From the IMG/VR virus record IMGVR_UViG_3300045988_087149, positions 33,102 to 97,101 of that record: 64,000 bases of DNA. One strand, written 5' to 3'. This document shows positions 28,639 to 36,986 of the stretch, in pieces (position 1 is the stretch's first letter; each line of letters begins with the position of its first letter). The DNA comes from a virus. A model generated the notes under the pieces. It was not told the DNA's origin. It saw nothing but the letters and a program-made list of their open reading frames with translations, and made no database searches. The translations under genes and the position numbers were made by a program.

Positions 28639-28924
28639 AATTCCCTCCTACTCTAATGTCGCATTTTGGGCAATACACTTCTGTAACTGGTTCATAACAT
28701 GGCGGATCATCTACTTCACTATGATAAACCAGATGTGTGTATAATTCTAGCTTAGAGCCACATTCAGGGCATCTATTCATTGCTTCTAGCTCTCTAGTTG
28801 CTGCATATGCTAGGCGCATATCCTTGAGTGATGCTAGATATAATAGGCAATCCACGGCAATATCTTGGTTGCTATCATAATAACCTAGAACAGCCTCTAC
28901 AACCTCATCGTGCATATCAGTCAT
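28631..28924 (-). CDS. Zinc-ribbon hypothetical protein (97 aa)
   Basis: ORF track. CPECG ... CPKC. Confidence 0.5.
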   Translation of the reverse strand: MTDMHDEVVEAVLGYYDSNQDIAVDCLLYLASLKDMRLAYAATRELEAMNRCPECGSKLELYTHLVYHSEVDDPPCYEPVTEVYCPKCDIRVGGNYV

Positions 28925-29478
28925 TCTACTAGCTCCAGATTATCGTAGTCAACAACATACGCACATAATGTGATGTTGCTCTTAATCAAAGTACACTTCT
29001 TACTACTATTAGCGGATAAATTCCCAACATACAAAACTTGATATTTATTATAGATAGACGGACGCCCCATGCCAGAACTGGACTGAACAGCACAAACAAT
29101 ATGCTCTACAGGGATATTGTTTTCTTTAAAAAAGCTCGTTGCCTCCATACTATTGCATTGCTGGCTCGTCTTTACCTTAACAATGTCTCCAACCTTAATT
29201 TCTCTTGGCTTCTTTGCTTCAGACATTCTTTCCTTCAGCTCATCAATGCCAACCTGTAGCCGCCAATCATCGTCAGGATGGCATCGAGCCTCAACCTTCT
29301 TGCCGTCCTTGCTTGTCATCACTATGCGATTACCCTCAATATGCAGGTCATAATCGCCCTCTAGCCACTTAGGTGCTACATTCTTTTCGTAGAATTTGTA
29401 TTCTAGCTTCATGTCTTTCTTTTCCCTTTCTTTCATAATTTCATCATATAGACTATTAAATACATCGTCCCACATCAT
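28921..29478 (-). CDS. Hypothetical protein (185 aa)
   Basis: ORF track. Confidence 0.5.
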   Translation of the reverse strand: MMWDDVFNSLYDEIMKEREKKDMKLEYKFYEKNVAPKWLEGDYDLHIEGNRIVMTSKDGKKVEARCHPDDDWRLQVGIDELKERMSEAKKPREIKVGDIVKVKTSQQCNSMEATSFFKENNIPVEHIVCAVQSSSGMGRPSIYNKYQVLYVGNLSANSSKKCTLIKSNITLCAYVVDYDNLELVE

Positions 29479-29495
29479 TATTTTGTCCTCCTCAA

Positions 29496-30335
29496 TTAAA
29501 AATTAACAACGCTCATTGCATTTACTGCACGCTGCTCAGTGCGCTTGATATATCTATTTGCTGTGATAGCAACTGAGCTATGCCCCATTGCCTTACTAAT
29601 GACCTCAATAGGCACATCGGCTTCAGACATCATAGTAGCAAATGTACGGCGCATGGTATGATTACTGATATGCAATTCCTCCCAATTCTCAATACCGGCT
29701 TTTCTCGCACATACTTTGAGCATTGCACTGGTATTCTTGCCATCCATTTTATTGCCACGATTGCCAACAAACAGATATTCACAGCCATCTTTGCGCTCAT
29801 TGGCAATATAGCTATCAATCAGCTTAATTGTCTCATCAGCCAAACCAACCAATCTATCCTTATCGCCCTTACCGCGAATGACCAGAACATTATTGCTACG
29901 AGATTCGTACTGTTCAAGCGTAATATTGGCAAGCTCATGGATACGCAAGCCAGTCTGAGCAAGCATCATAATGATCGCCTTATTACGCTTATTAGTAGCC
30001 GCATTGACCATTGCCCTGACCTGTTCGCCATTAAGAGCCGATTGCTCACGATTCTTAATCTGTGGCGCTTCAAGCATCTCAGCCGGATTGCGGCTAATGA
30101 ACTCGTTCCTATAAAGGAATTTGAAATATTCACGAACCGCAGACGTTCTCTGAGCAACAGATGCAGAGCTAAGATTACTCATGCTGGACTGCCACAGCTC
30201 AAGGTCAATCGGCTTGATTTCGATTTCAGGTTTATTGACATATGTCATGCAATTCTCAATCGCCTTAGTGTATTCTCTAATCGTTCCCTCACTACGGTGC
30301 TTTGCCTTGAGGCTCATAACAAACAGTTCATTCAT
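29496..30335 (-). CDS. Tyrosine recombinase / phage integrase family (279 aa)
   Basis: Catalytic blocks LAQTGLRIHELANI (Arg), HTMRRTFATMM (H-x-x-R) and GHSSVAITANRYI (His ... Tyr). Confidence 0.85.
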   Translation of the reverse strand: MNELFVMSLKAKHRSEGTIREYTKAIENCMTYVNKPEIEIKPIDLELWQSSMSNLSSASVAQRTSAVREYFKFLYRNEFISRNPAEMLEAPQIKNREQSALNGEQVRAMVNAATNKRNKAIIMMLAQTGLRIHELANITLEQYESRSNNVLVIRGKGDKDRLVGLADETIKLIDSYIANERKDGCEYLFVGNRGNKMDGKNTSAMLKVCARKAGIENWEELHISNHTMRRTFATMMSEADVPIEVISKAMGHSSVAITANRYIKRTEQRAVNAMSVVNF

Positions 30336-30337
30336 GT

Positions 30338-30571
30338 TTACACCTCCTCAACAACGCCCTTGTAACCATAACTGGTTTCAAATGAAGCCCAAGACTTGCA
30401 ATTGCTTCTCGTGTACCAATGCGGCGTATAAACAAAATCTTCATCAGCATCAACGAGCTTACGAAGTGCGTCTCTGAGACAAGTCGCCTTAACAGTGTAC
30501 CACAAACCACGAATTTTGAAGTTTCTCATAATATTCAGCTCCTTCATTTGATGATTTAAGTATAGCACCAT
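30338..30571 (-). CDS. Hypothetical protein (77 aa; start uncertain)
   Basis: ORF track. The -10 of the promoter at 30559-30587 lies inside the annotated 5' end, so an internal Met (e.g. MKELNIM or MRNFKIR) is more likely the start. Confidence 0.4.
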   Translation of the reverse strand: MVLYLNHQMKELNIMRNFKIRGLWYTVKATCLRDALRKLVDADEDFVYTPHWYTRSNCKSWASFETSYGYKGVVEEV

Positions 30572-30587
30572 AGCGGCGATTTGTCAA
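30559..30587 (-). promoter_or_regulatory. Sigma70-type promoter, TTGACA-17-TATACT
   Basis: Reverse complement reads cTTGACAaatcgccgctatggtgcTATACT. Confidence 0.6.
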
Positions 30588-30649
30588 GAGTTATTTTTAG
30601 AAAAATCCCTATAATCTTTCGACCATAGGGATTTTAACAGGAGGATTAT

Positions 30650-30925
30650 TTACTCATTGATTTCTGCCTTTAGTGTGCTTGTCGGCTTAAACGTCAGAGC
30701 ATACTTAGCAGGAACTTCAATGGTTTCACCGGTCTGTGGATTACGAGCCGTTCTTGCATCACGCATCTTGGTTGTGAACTTGCCAAAGCCATGAATCACC
30801 ACATCTTCATGCTGAACTAGGCTATGTCTGATATAGTCAATGAACGTATCTACGATCTCAGTTGTATCCTTGACCGTATTTTCTGTGCTGTCTGCAACAA
30901 ACTTGACGATTTCTTTCTTGGTCAT
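30650..30925 (-). CDS. hup: HU/IHF-family DNA-binding protein (91 aa)
   Basis: IHGFGKFTTKMRDARTARNPQTGETIEVPAKYALTFKPTSTLK is the canonical DNABII arm signature (R-N-P-x-T). Confidence 0.85.
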   Translation of the reverse strand: MTKKEIVKFVADSTENTVKDTTEIVDTFIDYIRHSLVQHEDVVIHGFGKFTTKMRDARTARNPQTGETIEVPAKYALTFKPTSTLKAEINE

Positions 30926-30989
30926 AAATTCCTTTTAGTTTCCTTTCAATTTCTAATAAAATTTTATTAAAACAAGTCGCAATGTTCAT

Positions 30990-31538
30990 GCGCATATTGA
31001 CTTGATATATAGGGTTATTGTTCCACTATCAACTACTTACAGGGTCCTCTTACCCAAGCCTTATATTGTTTAGTGGGTTTACAGCCGCTACATCACTAAA
31101 CTAATTTTTTTTGCGTCGAACTCGACACGTCATTTATCCTTGGACTTAATGACGATTTCAGTAATGCGCGGAATAGGCAATCACCGCGCTATGAGTCTGT
31201 AGCCGACTACTCTTTGTGCTTTCTACTTTGAAGCCCGTCAACCTTGAACATTCCGGACTATTCAAGGATTTTTAGAATTTCTACACTCCCTACAAATTCA
31301 TGTTAAATTGAATTTACAGTTGCGCAACCATCTTAAAATCAAGAGTGTGGCGGCGTTGCCTTATAGTATCAGGTGGTCAACCGTCAGCTATTCAGCAACT
31401 AGCATTACAACCCATAAACTAGACCATTTGCAAGCGACCAACTCTTGGCCTTGGCCTTACAAAGCTAGGATTTTCAGCTTTTCCTCCAGACGTCTATCAA
31501 GTGTGCTTACAATGCTAGTAGAGGCATGATAGACGTTT
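30990..31538 (-). ncRNA. ORF-free transcribed segment between tRNA(CAU) and the HU gene; candidate structured RNA
   Basis: No credible minus-strand ORF. I found no promoter or terminator between it and the promoter at 32257-32285. By eye, base composition is less AT-rich than other intergenic DNA here. Confidence 0.3.
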
Positions 31539-31609
31539 TGACCGAGGCGGGACTTGAACCTGCATTCATCTGCTATGAACAGCTCGCTTACCAGTTAGCT
31601 GACTCAGTC
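31539..31609 (-). tRNA. tRNA with anticodon CAU (Met or lysidine-modified Ile2), 71 nt, no encoded CCA
   Basis: Hand-folded. Acceptor GACTGAG/CTCGGTC (one G-U). U8, A14, G18G19. Anticodon loop TTCATAG. T arm GCAGG-TTCAAGT-CCCGC. Three stem mismatches lower confidence. Confidence 0.6.
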
Positions 31610-31703
31610 ATATGGAAATGGGCTTTAAGCATCAACCCATTAGAAGCGTTGGATTCCTATTCAGTTTATTAAGTCGTATGTATCCAACAACCAGTGGACT
31701 TAA

Positions 31704-31780
31704 TGGTAGCTCAGGTGGAATTCGAATCCACACTTTACGGATTTTGAATCCGCTCCCTCTGCCGATTGGGGTACTGAGCC
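31704..31780 (-). tRNA. tRNA with anticodon CAA (UUG), class I (5-nt variable loop), CCA encoded
   Basis: Hand-folded. Acceptor GGCTCAG/CTGAGCT (G1-U72), A73, CCA. Anticodon arm GCGGA-TTCAAAA-TCCGT. T arm GTGGA-TTCGAAT-TCCAC. Confidence 0.75.
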
Positions 31781-32250
31781 ATATTATCTCAAGCCGACTT
31801 CCTACCTCATAGCTATTTCTAGCATCGACTCGTGAATGATGTTTACATAATATCCTTATATCACCTTTGCCGTTATGTTTTTGCCCTCATGCTAACGGAA
31901 CACGCTCAGGCGCGACCCCAATTCTCTAGTCTGTATCTGCCGCTTCTCAAACTCTGCGCAGACCCGCTTCACAGGCGTGATATAGATTTGACGGTTATCT
32001 TCAAATCCGGTCGGATATTATATTATTTGTCAATCTCAATCCCTTTCATTATGCCGAACAGATTGGCCGGTGCGCCCTACTTGGCATCACGGTCTTTCGC
32101 ACGACTGCGACCCGCTTTCATGCTTATCTCATTTGTCTTACGCACGTTCCCTATATAATGATGGCTGTTCCTCAAACTCCACTTAGCTGTTTCGTAACGC
32201 CCATCTGAACCATGTCAGGACTCAGCGATTTCAGCACCATCATCTTTACC
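31781..32250 (-). ncRNA. ORF-free leader of about 470 nt between the promoter and tRNA(CAA); candidate structured RNA
   Basis: Lies directly downstream of a perfect TTGACA-17-TATAAT promoter. No minus-strand ORF. Repeated GAAGCGGGTC-like blocks and many short complementary segments. Confidence 0.35.
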
Positions 32251-32256
32251 TTCTCA

Positions 32257-32285
32257 ATTATACCATATTTGATTTTATTTGTCAA
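32257..32285 (-). promoter_or_regulatory. Sigma70-type promoter, TTGACA-17-TATAAT
   Basis: Reverse complement reads cTTGACAaataaaatcaaatatggTATAAT. Confidence 0.7.
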
Positions 32286-32422
32286 GCATTATTTTTGCAA
32301 TCAACATCCCAACTGCAATACCAGCCGCAAATGAACCTAGACAAGATAGTATAATAATCATACACTAATAATCAATAAATTCTCCTAAACTCTTTACCCT
32401 ACAACTTACCCTACTTAATCAA

Positions 32423-32662
32423 CTAATCTGAATTTTCTTCATTATTAATCAATGATTTTTTTGCCATACGAGCTGATTTGAGCCGTTCTGCCGCAGCTTG
32501 TTTCTGTTCATCGGTCATTGAGCGGGTACGGAATGGATTGTTGCCTAGGCGAAATGGGTACAGATTGCAATCATGGATAACACAATTCTTTACTTCATAA
32601 GCTGAGCCACAACTACATTCCAAACAATGCTGGCGAATGGCTTTTAATGGAGATTTTTCCAT
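32423..32662 (-). CDS. Small Cys-rich protein (79 aa), TAG stop
   Basis: ORF track. AIRQHCLECSCGS ... CVIHDCNLYPFRLG, a small family common on phages and plasmids (from memory). Confidence 0.5.
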   Translation of the reverse strand: MEKSPLKAIRQHCLECSCGSAYEVKNCVIHDCNLYPFRLGNNPFRTRSMTDEQKQAAAERLKSARMAKKSLINNEENSD

Positions 32663-32680
32663 ATTATCACCTCATTCTCA

Positions 32681-32938
32681 TCAAGCATTATAGCTTGAAC
32701 ATACGATGTATGGCTTATCTACGTTAAGATTTACTTCTTCAATATGAATTTCACCTTGAAAATCCTCAAAATCAATACGATCTTCATAATTATTATTTCC
32801 ACCCACATCAACGACACGACAGTTATACTCATCGATGCTAATACGATTTCTGATTTCATCTTCGCTGTTTGCTACACACACAAATGAATCATAAGTGCCA
32901 TAATCACATTTGTCTACCCATACTTTGAATACTTTCAT
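32681..32938 (-). CDS. Hypothetical protein (85 aa)
   Basis: ORF track. Confidence 0.5.
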   Translation of the reverse strand: MKVFKVWVDKCDYGTYDSFVCVANSEDEIRNRISIDEYNCRVVDVGGNNNYEDRIDFEDFQGEIHIEEVNLNVDKPYIVCSSYNA

Positions 32939-32969
32939 ATTATCACCTCGTTATATTTAGATTTTATCA

Positions 32970-33062
32970 TGGTAGCGGCGCAGAGGGTCGAACTCTGATT
33001 TTGCCCCAATCTAGAGCTAAACTGGGTATAGGCCAGCTGGCTTACCATTAACCGACACCGCC
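32970..33062 (-). tRNA. Class II (long variable arm) tRNA, 93 nt, CCA encoded; anticodon loop CCUAUAC (formal anticodon UAU)
   Basis: Hand-folded. Acceptor GGCGGTG/CGCCGCT (G1-U72, U6-G67), A73, CCA. D arm GGTT-AATGGTA-AGCC. Anticodon arm GCTGG-CCTATAC-CCAGT. 23-nt variable region. T arm CAGAG-TTCGACC-CTCTG. Confidence 0.7.
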
Positions 33063-33164
33063 ATTTTCGTTTGAGCCTTTTATCGTCATGCTCAGGACTA
33101 TATTCTAGGAGGTTCACAATGAAGAACTGTAATTGAGATTACCCAATCTCTCAACCACATCTGT

Positions 33165-33193
33165 ATTATACCATAAGATTTGCTGTTTGTCAA
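33165..33193 (-). promoter_or_regulatory. Sigma70-type promoter, TTGACA-17-TATAAT
   Basis: Reverse complement reads cTTGACAaacagcaaatcttatggTATAAT. Positioned to drive the class II tRNA. Confidence 0.7.
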
Positions 33194-33630
33194 GAATTAT
33201 TTTTCAACTTTTTTAATGCTTCATCAAGCACGGCATTTTCATATCCATAACCAACCATCTCTGGTTTAATTTTAGTAATGGAATTTACACTCATTAAGTA
33301 TGATAAAATTTCAGCGTCTTTTTGTTTTTTATCATCTAGTTCTTTACATTTTTTCAAATATTCTTGATAATATTGCTCTTTTACTTCATTTGAAGCATCA
33401 ATTCTCTTTTTGACTCTTGCTTTAAGATAGCTTAATACAGACCTATCTAGATGACTGTAGCATTCGGCGCAAACCCAATCATACACAAGTCCAGCCGGTT
33501 CATCTGGTTCCCATTCAATTTCGTCATATACTTCCATATATCCATGATGCCGTTCAACAGTCTTTCTTTTCATTTTAATCGGCTTACCACATAACGCACA
33601 ATCGCAATACCCCTTATATACAAAGCTCAT
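33190..33630 (-). CDS. Hypothetical zinc-finger protein (146 aa)
   Basis: ORF track. CDCALCG ... CAEC. Confidence 0.5.
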   Translation of the reverse strand: MSFVYKGYCDCALCGKPIKMKRKTVERHHGYMEVYDEIEWEPDEPAGLVYDWVCAECYSHLDRSVLSYLKARVKKRIDASNEVKEQYYQEYLKKCKELDDKKQKDAEILSYLMSVNSITKIKPEMVGYGYENAVLDEALKKLKNNS

Positions 33631-33642
33631 ATTGCACCTCCA

Positions 33643-33671
33643 ATTATATAATAATTTATTTGATTTGTCAA
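33643..33671 (-). promoter_or_regulatory. Sigma70-type promoter, TTGACA-17-TATAAT
   Basis: Reverse complement reads cTTGACAaatcaaataaattattaTATAAT. Confidence 0.65.
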
Positions 33672-33674
33672 GAA

Positions 33675-33887
33675 TTATTTTTCAAGCAATTGATAAAATT
33701 TTTCTTTCCATTCACTATTCCATAAATCAATTGCATCTCGCTCTTCTGTTTGCATATAGTCATATATACAAGCCCCAACGCAATTTGCAATATACAAATA
33801 GATATCAAACGAATCTTTTGACAGTTCAGCTTGTTCGTACATTATTTTTATAAAGTAGATTAACGCATTGTTCATATTATACCTCAA
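33675..33887 (-). CDS. Hypothetical protein (70 aa; start uncertain)
   Basis: ORF track. A further promoter-like element (33876-33904) overlaps the annotated start. Confidence 0.4.
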   Translation of the reverse strand: MRYNMNNALIYFIKIMYEQAELSKDSFDIYLYIANCVGACIYDYMQTEERDAIDLWNSEWKEKFYQLLEK

Positions 33888-33900
33888 AAATCGTTATTTG

Positions 33901-34056
33901 TCAAGAACAAATTTTATTCATTTCAATAAATTTTTCACAAGTCCAGCCATTGAGAACTGGGATTTCATCACAGCTATAGCCCCATAGTCCAGTTTCTCGG
34001 TCATAGCGGTCAACGTGACAAATGAAATCCCCAATTTTGAAATAAGTATTTAGCAT
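33901..34056 (-). CDS. Small hypothetical protein (51 aa)
   Basis: Below the track cutoff. GGTGAGGA upstream. MLNTYFKIGDFICHVDRYDRETGLWGYSCDEIPVLNGWTCEKFIEMNKICS. Confidence 0.4.
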   Translation of the reverse strand: MLNTYFKIGDFICHVDRYDRETGLWGYSCDEIPVLNGWTCEKFIEMNKICS

Positions 34057-34066
34057 ATCTCTATCC

Positions 34067-34408
34067 TCACCAATCTGCATTGATTACAATTTTATCTCCA
34101 TCAATACGAGCCGATTGTATCAGCCATGAGACTTGATCCATTTGCCATAAACCCTCAAAATCAGGACGATTTACAAATTTGAACAACTCATCGACCTGGT
34201 CATCACTCAGCCATAAATCCTTACCATACATAGGCTGTGAATACGGCTGTCCTTCTACGTATGGCTTATAGTAATCAATAGATTCGAGAAATTCATACCA
34301 ACTTGAGCCGTCACCATCGACTGTATCAACAGCTCGATATGTAACCAATTCACCGTAATGTGGGCAATAGATTGGCTTGGCACGACTAATTCTAATATCT
34401 AATCCCAT
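34067..34408 (-). CDS. Hypothetical protein (113 aa)
   Basis: ORF track. First gene after the promoter at 34440-34468. Confidence 0.5.
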   Translation of the reverse strand: MGLDIRISRAKPIYCPHYGELVTYRAVDTVDGDGSSWYEFLESIDYYKPYVEGQPYSQPMYGKDLWLSDDQVDELFKFVNRPDFEGLWQMDQVSWLIQSARIDGDKIVINADW

Positions 34409-34439
34409 ATATTATCATCCCCATTCATTTGATAATTGG

Positions 34440-34468
34440 ATTATACTATATAAAATTGGATTTGTCAA
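34440..34468 (-). promoter_or_regulatory. Sigma70-type promoter, TTGACA-17-TATAAT
   Basis: Reverse complement reads cTTGACAaatccaattttatatagTATAAT. Confidence 0.65.
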
Positions 34469-34890
34469 GCACCTTTTTCAAATTTATTTTTAATATCTAT
34501 CCATTTTTTAATCTGGTCATCTACACGCACCCATTCGCCATAATGCAGGTCTGGGTCAAACCACCAAAGCCCATAATAGTTTGGATTCTCCTTGTCTTCA
34601 ATAGAGCGAAATGGATTTCCATAGCCATGCCATTCAAAGAAATCAATGACAAATTTGACATCACTATCATTGCCAACAATAAATGCTGTGTTATTATCAA
34701 AATCAGCCCATACAAATGCGGCATCGTCGAACTTGATTTCTGTACCATCATCTTTATAGAATCTTAGACTACTGCCATCTCGCTTTCTAGTATCATTATA
34801 TCTACATATCCATTCATGGCAATTTGCCTCATACTCATCATCAAATTCTGCACCGCAATATTCACATTTATAAATTCTTGTTTCAATCAT
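34465..34890 (-). CDS. Hypothetical protein with N-terminal zinc finger (141 aa)
   Basis: ORF track. CEYCGAEF ... CHEWIC. Confidence 0.5.
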   Translation of the reverse strand: MIETRIYKCEYCGAEFDDEYEANCHEWICRYNDTRKRDGSSLRFYKDDGTEIKFDDAAFVWADFDNNTAFIVGNDSDVKFVIDFFEWHGYGNPFRSIEDKENPNYYGLWWFDPDLHYGEWVRVDDQIKKWIDIKNKFEKGA

Positions 34891-34988
34891 TTGAACAATT
34901 CCTCCATATTATTTCAAAGGTAAAAATGGTAATAGACAAAGCAATGCCCCTCCAATGATTAGAATTGCACCTAGAATATCTGCAATAT

Positions 34989-35567
34989 TCATTCAAACAG
35001 CTCCTCCATTTCTCTAACATGATATTGTCTATCTTTCAGATCGTCTACTCTAGTTCTAACCAATTCCCAATTCGAACCAGCAAAGCCGCTTTTCATCACA
35101 TCAGCTATAATTTGTTCATCTTTATATTTGCGCCGTTCGAGCCGTAAATCATGTAGCAGTTTATACATCTTATATCCATCTCTAGCATTGTATGAATTGA
35201 ACTCAATAGCATGAAGCACGTCTTGAATTTTATTCTCTACCTCTTGCAGTTTGTATTCAACCCATGTTGCCCTTGCTACAAGCTGGTCATGCAGGTCACA
35301 GAATGAGCCAATTTGCGCCAATGCTGAATCATAATCGACAAATTCTAATTCTGAATTAAACTGGTCGAAATCGACGGGTTTAGATGGTGCATCAACCTGT
35401 TGCACAAAATAGCCCAGATTGCGCATTTGCTTTGGCAGATTAGAAAGCGCATTTTCAGCTTTGGTTTTATCAGTGAATTGAAATGACTCGTTCAATTCTG
35501 GTGTTGGTGTCCATTGCCCTATAGCATTGTGCATAAGATAGTATTTTTGATTATATAGTACATACAT
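34989..35567 (-). CDS. Hypothetical protein (192 aa)
   Basis: ORF track. Confidence 0.5.
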   Translation of the reverse strand: MYVLYNQKYYLMHNAIGQWTPTPELNESFQFTDKTKAENALSNLPKQMRNLGYFVQQVDAPSKPVDFDQFNSELEFVDYDSALAQIGSFCDLHDQLVARATWVEYKLQEVENKIQDVLHAIEFNSYNARDGYKMYKLLHDLRLERRKYKDEQIIADVMKSGFAGSNWELVRTRVDDLKDRQYHVREMEELFE

Positions 35568-35577
35568 ACATCATCAC

Positions 35578-36258
35578 CTACGGTTCAATTATACCATATT
35601 CATTTACATTTGTCAACAGAATCTTTGTCCATTCTGCATTTTCATCTTCAGTCAAATAGAAAAATTTATGGCCACCAATCGTCATCGCATAATTCTGCGA
35701 TTCATGCCATGGACTATCGCACCATCTTGGTGCATAGAAAAACAGAATCGGCTTTTCGGTCACAAATTGCCCCATATCAAAAATATCATGCACAGCGTCC
35801 ATGACTTCAATATACATTTTTCTATCCTGCTTGTCCAAATCTGGATTCCAACCAGCGTACTGGTAGACCTCTTTGACTTCACGAGCCGTCAAGCCGCCTT
35901 TAATCATTGCATCAAAATAGCACTGAGCAACAGCCAGCTTGCCTTTATACGGCTCGTAAGCACATTCACCAGCCATTACAGATTCAATAAACCAACGATC
36001 ATCCTCTGTCAGATTGATGGGCGATTTATAACGTTCAATTTTAGATTCCTGTTCTACAATCTGTGGCTCGACATAGACATACTGCGGCTCAACAGATTCA
36101 AATTTTGATTCCTCAATCGGTTTGGTCTTAACGGTATATTGTACAGATTGCACGTTATGACTCGATTCGAATGGACTCAGGATAATTCCCATACATCCAG
36201 CCAATCCAAATAATGAAAGTCCAATTCCTGCAATAGCATATCTAGTTGTACGCTTCAT
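35578..36258 (-). CDS. Lipoprotein with SleB/CwlJ-like cell-wall hydrolase domain (226 aa)
   Basis: Signal peptide with lipobox (GLSLFGLAGC). C-terminal MAGECAYEPYKGKLAVAQCYFDAM ... resembles Hydrolase_2 (SleB) domains (from memory). Confidence 0.55.
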   Translation of the reverse strand: MKRTTRYAIAGIGLSLFGLAGCMGIILSPFESSHNVQSVQYTVKTKPIEESKFESVEPQYVYVEPQIVEQESKIERYKSPINLTEDDRWFIESVMAGECAYEPYKGKLAVAQCYFDAMIKGGLTAREVKEVYQYAGWNPDLDKQDRKMYIEVMDAVHDIFDMGQFVTEKPILFFYAPRWCDSPWHESQNYAMTIGGHKFFYLTEDENAEWTKILLTNVNEYGIIEP

Positions 36259-36307
36259 TTTAATTTACCTCCTTGATATTCATTCTTCATTTTGTGGCTC
36301 GTATATA

Positions 36308-36336
36308 TGTATATCACATTTGATTCTATTTGTCAA
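36308..36336 (-). promoter_or_regulatory. Sigma70-type promoter, TTGACA-17-TATACA (weaker -10)
   Basis: Reverse complement reads cTTGACAaatagaatcaaatgtgaTATACA. Confidence 0.5.
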
Positions 36337-36399
36337 GTACAATTTTCAATTTTCATTTTGGAATTGTAAATATAAATTCTGATTTTAGAATTTCGATTT

Positions 36400-36725
36400 C
36401 CACATATATTTACAATCTCGAAAGTCATTTTTCATTTTCCAACTCGTGCATATATAGATATCTATATACATGCACATATACAATAACAATAATCATTATC
36501 ATTTTTCATATCCATCTGCACATACATATATCGGCCAACCAATACATTAGCATATTCATCTACATATACATTTACATATTTATATGCAGATACATCTACA
36601 TCATCATTCATATAAATGATGCAGATAGCAATACGCATGATATAGATAGATGTATTTATAGACAATACGCAGCTTTGTATCTATACATAGAAACATTACT
36701 TTCATGCACATATCACGATTTATAT
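36400..36725. repeat. Low-complexity CATATA/TACATA-rich tract
   Basis: Degenerate (C/T)ATA(C/T)AT units run throughout. Both track ORFs here translate to IYIYIY-type nonsense. Confidence 0.7.
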
Positions 36726-36925
36726 TAGCATCAAAGTCAACATCATTCACATTTTTCATATGAATATTCGCTCACCCATCACATTTTTCGTAGGAGATTT
36801 GTGTACATTCACACATTTTTCCATCGTAAAATAATGTGCGATTGTTGGTTAGCAATTTTTCTATATGATATAATATACGCAAGCTGTGAGCGCAAATTTC
36901 ACCATAGCCATGTCGTGCCAACTGT

Positions 36926-36986
36926 GCCGATTTGAGCCGAGTTTGCGCTTATCCTAAGCAAGATATGCCTACAGCCGATTTGAGCC
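36926..36986. repeat. Two 13-nt direct repeats, GCCGATTTGAGCC
   Basis: Identical copies at 36926-36938 and 36974-36986. Confidence 0.8.

Noticed and set aside
29580-30365. 261-aa plus-strand ORF
   Set aside because: It is a mirror ORF antisense to the well-supported tyrosine recombinase. There is no RBS, and its composition is typical of an antisense frame.
31105-31128. Hairpin next to an 8-nt T/A run as a terminator between the tRNAs and HU
   Set aside because: On the transcribed (minus) strand the hairpin is followed by A8, not U. On the plus strand the T-run precedes the stem and the stem has an A-C mismatch.
31610-31703. A fourth tRNA in the 94-nt spacer between the two adjacent tRNAs
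   Set aside because: I found no T-loop (GTTCRA) and no acceptor pairing, only a 7-bp stem with a 27-nt loop.
31308-32158. Three plus-strand track ORFs (31308..31529, 31612..31812, 31832..32158)
   Set aside because: They lie antisense to the tRNA/non-coding transcription unit and overlap both tRNA genes. They have no RBS, and their translations are low-quality (Ser/Leu/Arg-rich).
32935-33117. 60-aa minus-strand ORF
   Set aside because: It is almost entirely occupied by the 93-nt class II tRNA gene and its leader.
30930-33120. Search for an amber or ochre suppressor tRNA (CUA/UUA anticodon) to explain the in-frame TAG and TAA
   Set aside because: Candidate loop words (TTCTAAA near 31270-31285 and TTTTAAG near 31340-31355 on the transcribed strand) have no flanking stems or T arm. 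Only three cloverleaves could be folded, with anticodons CAU, CAA and UAU.
33876-33904. Promoter-like TTGACA-17-TATAAT element
   Set aside because: The sequence match is perfect, but its -10 lies inside the annotated start of ORF 33675..33887. I could not decide whether the ORF starts further downstream or the element is silent, so I did not list it as a feature.
36330-36728. 132-aa ORF (and the antisense 67-aa ORF) in the CATATA tract
   Set aside because: The translation is IYIYIY-type low complexity produced by the simple-sequence repeat, and there is no RBS.
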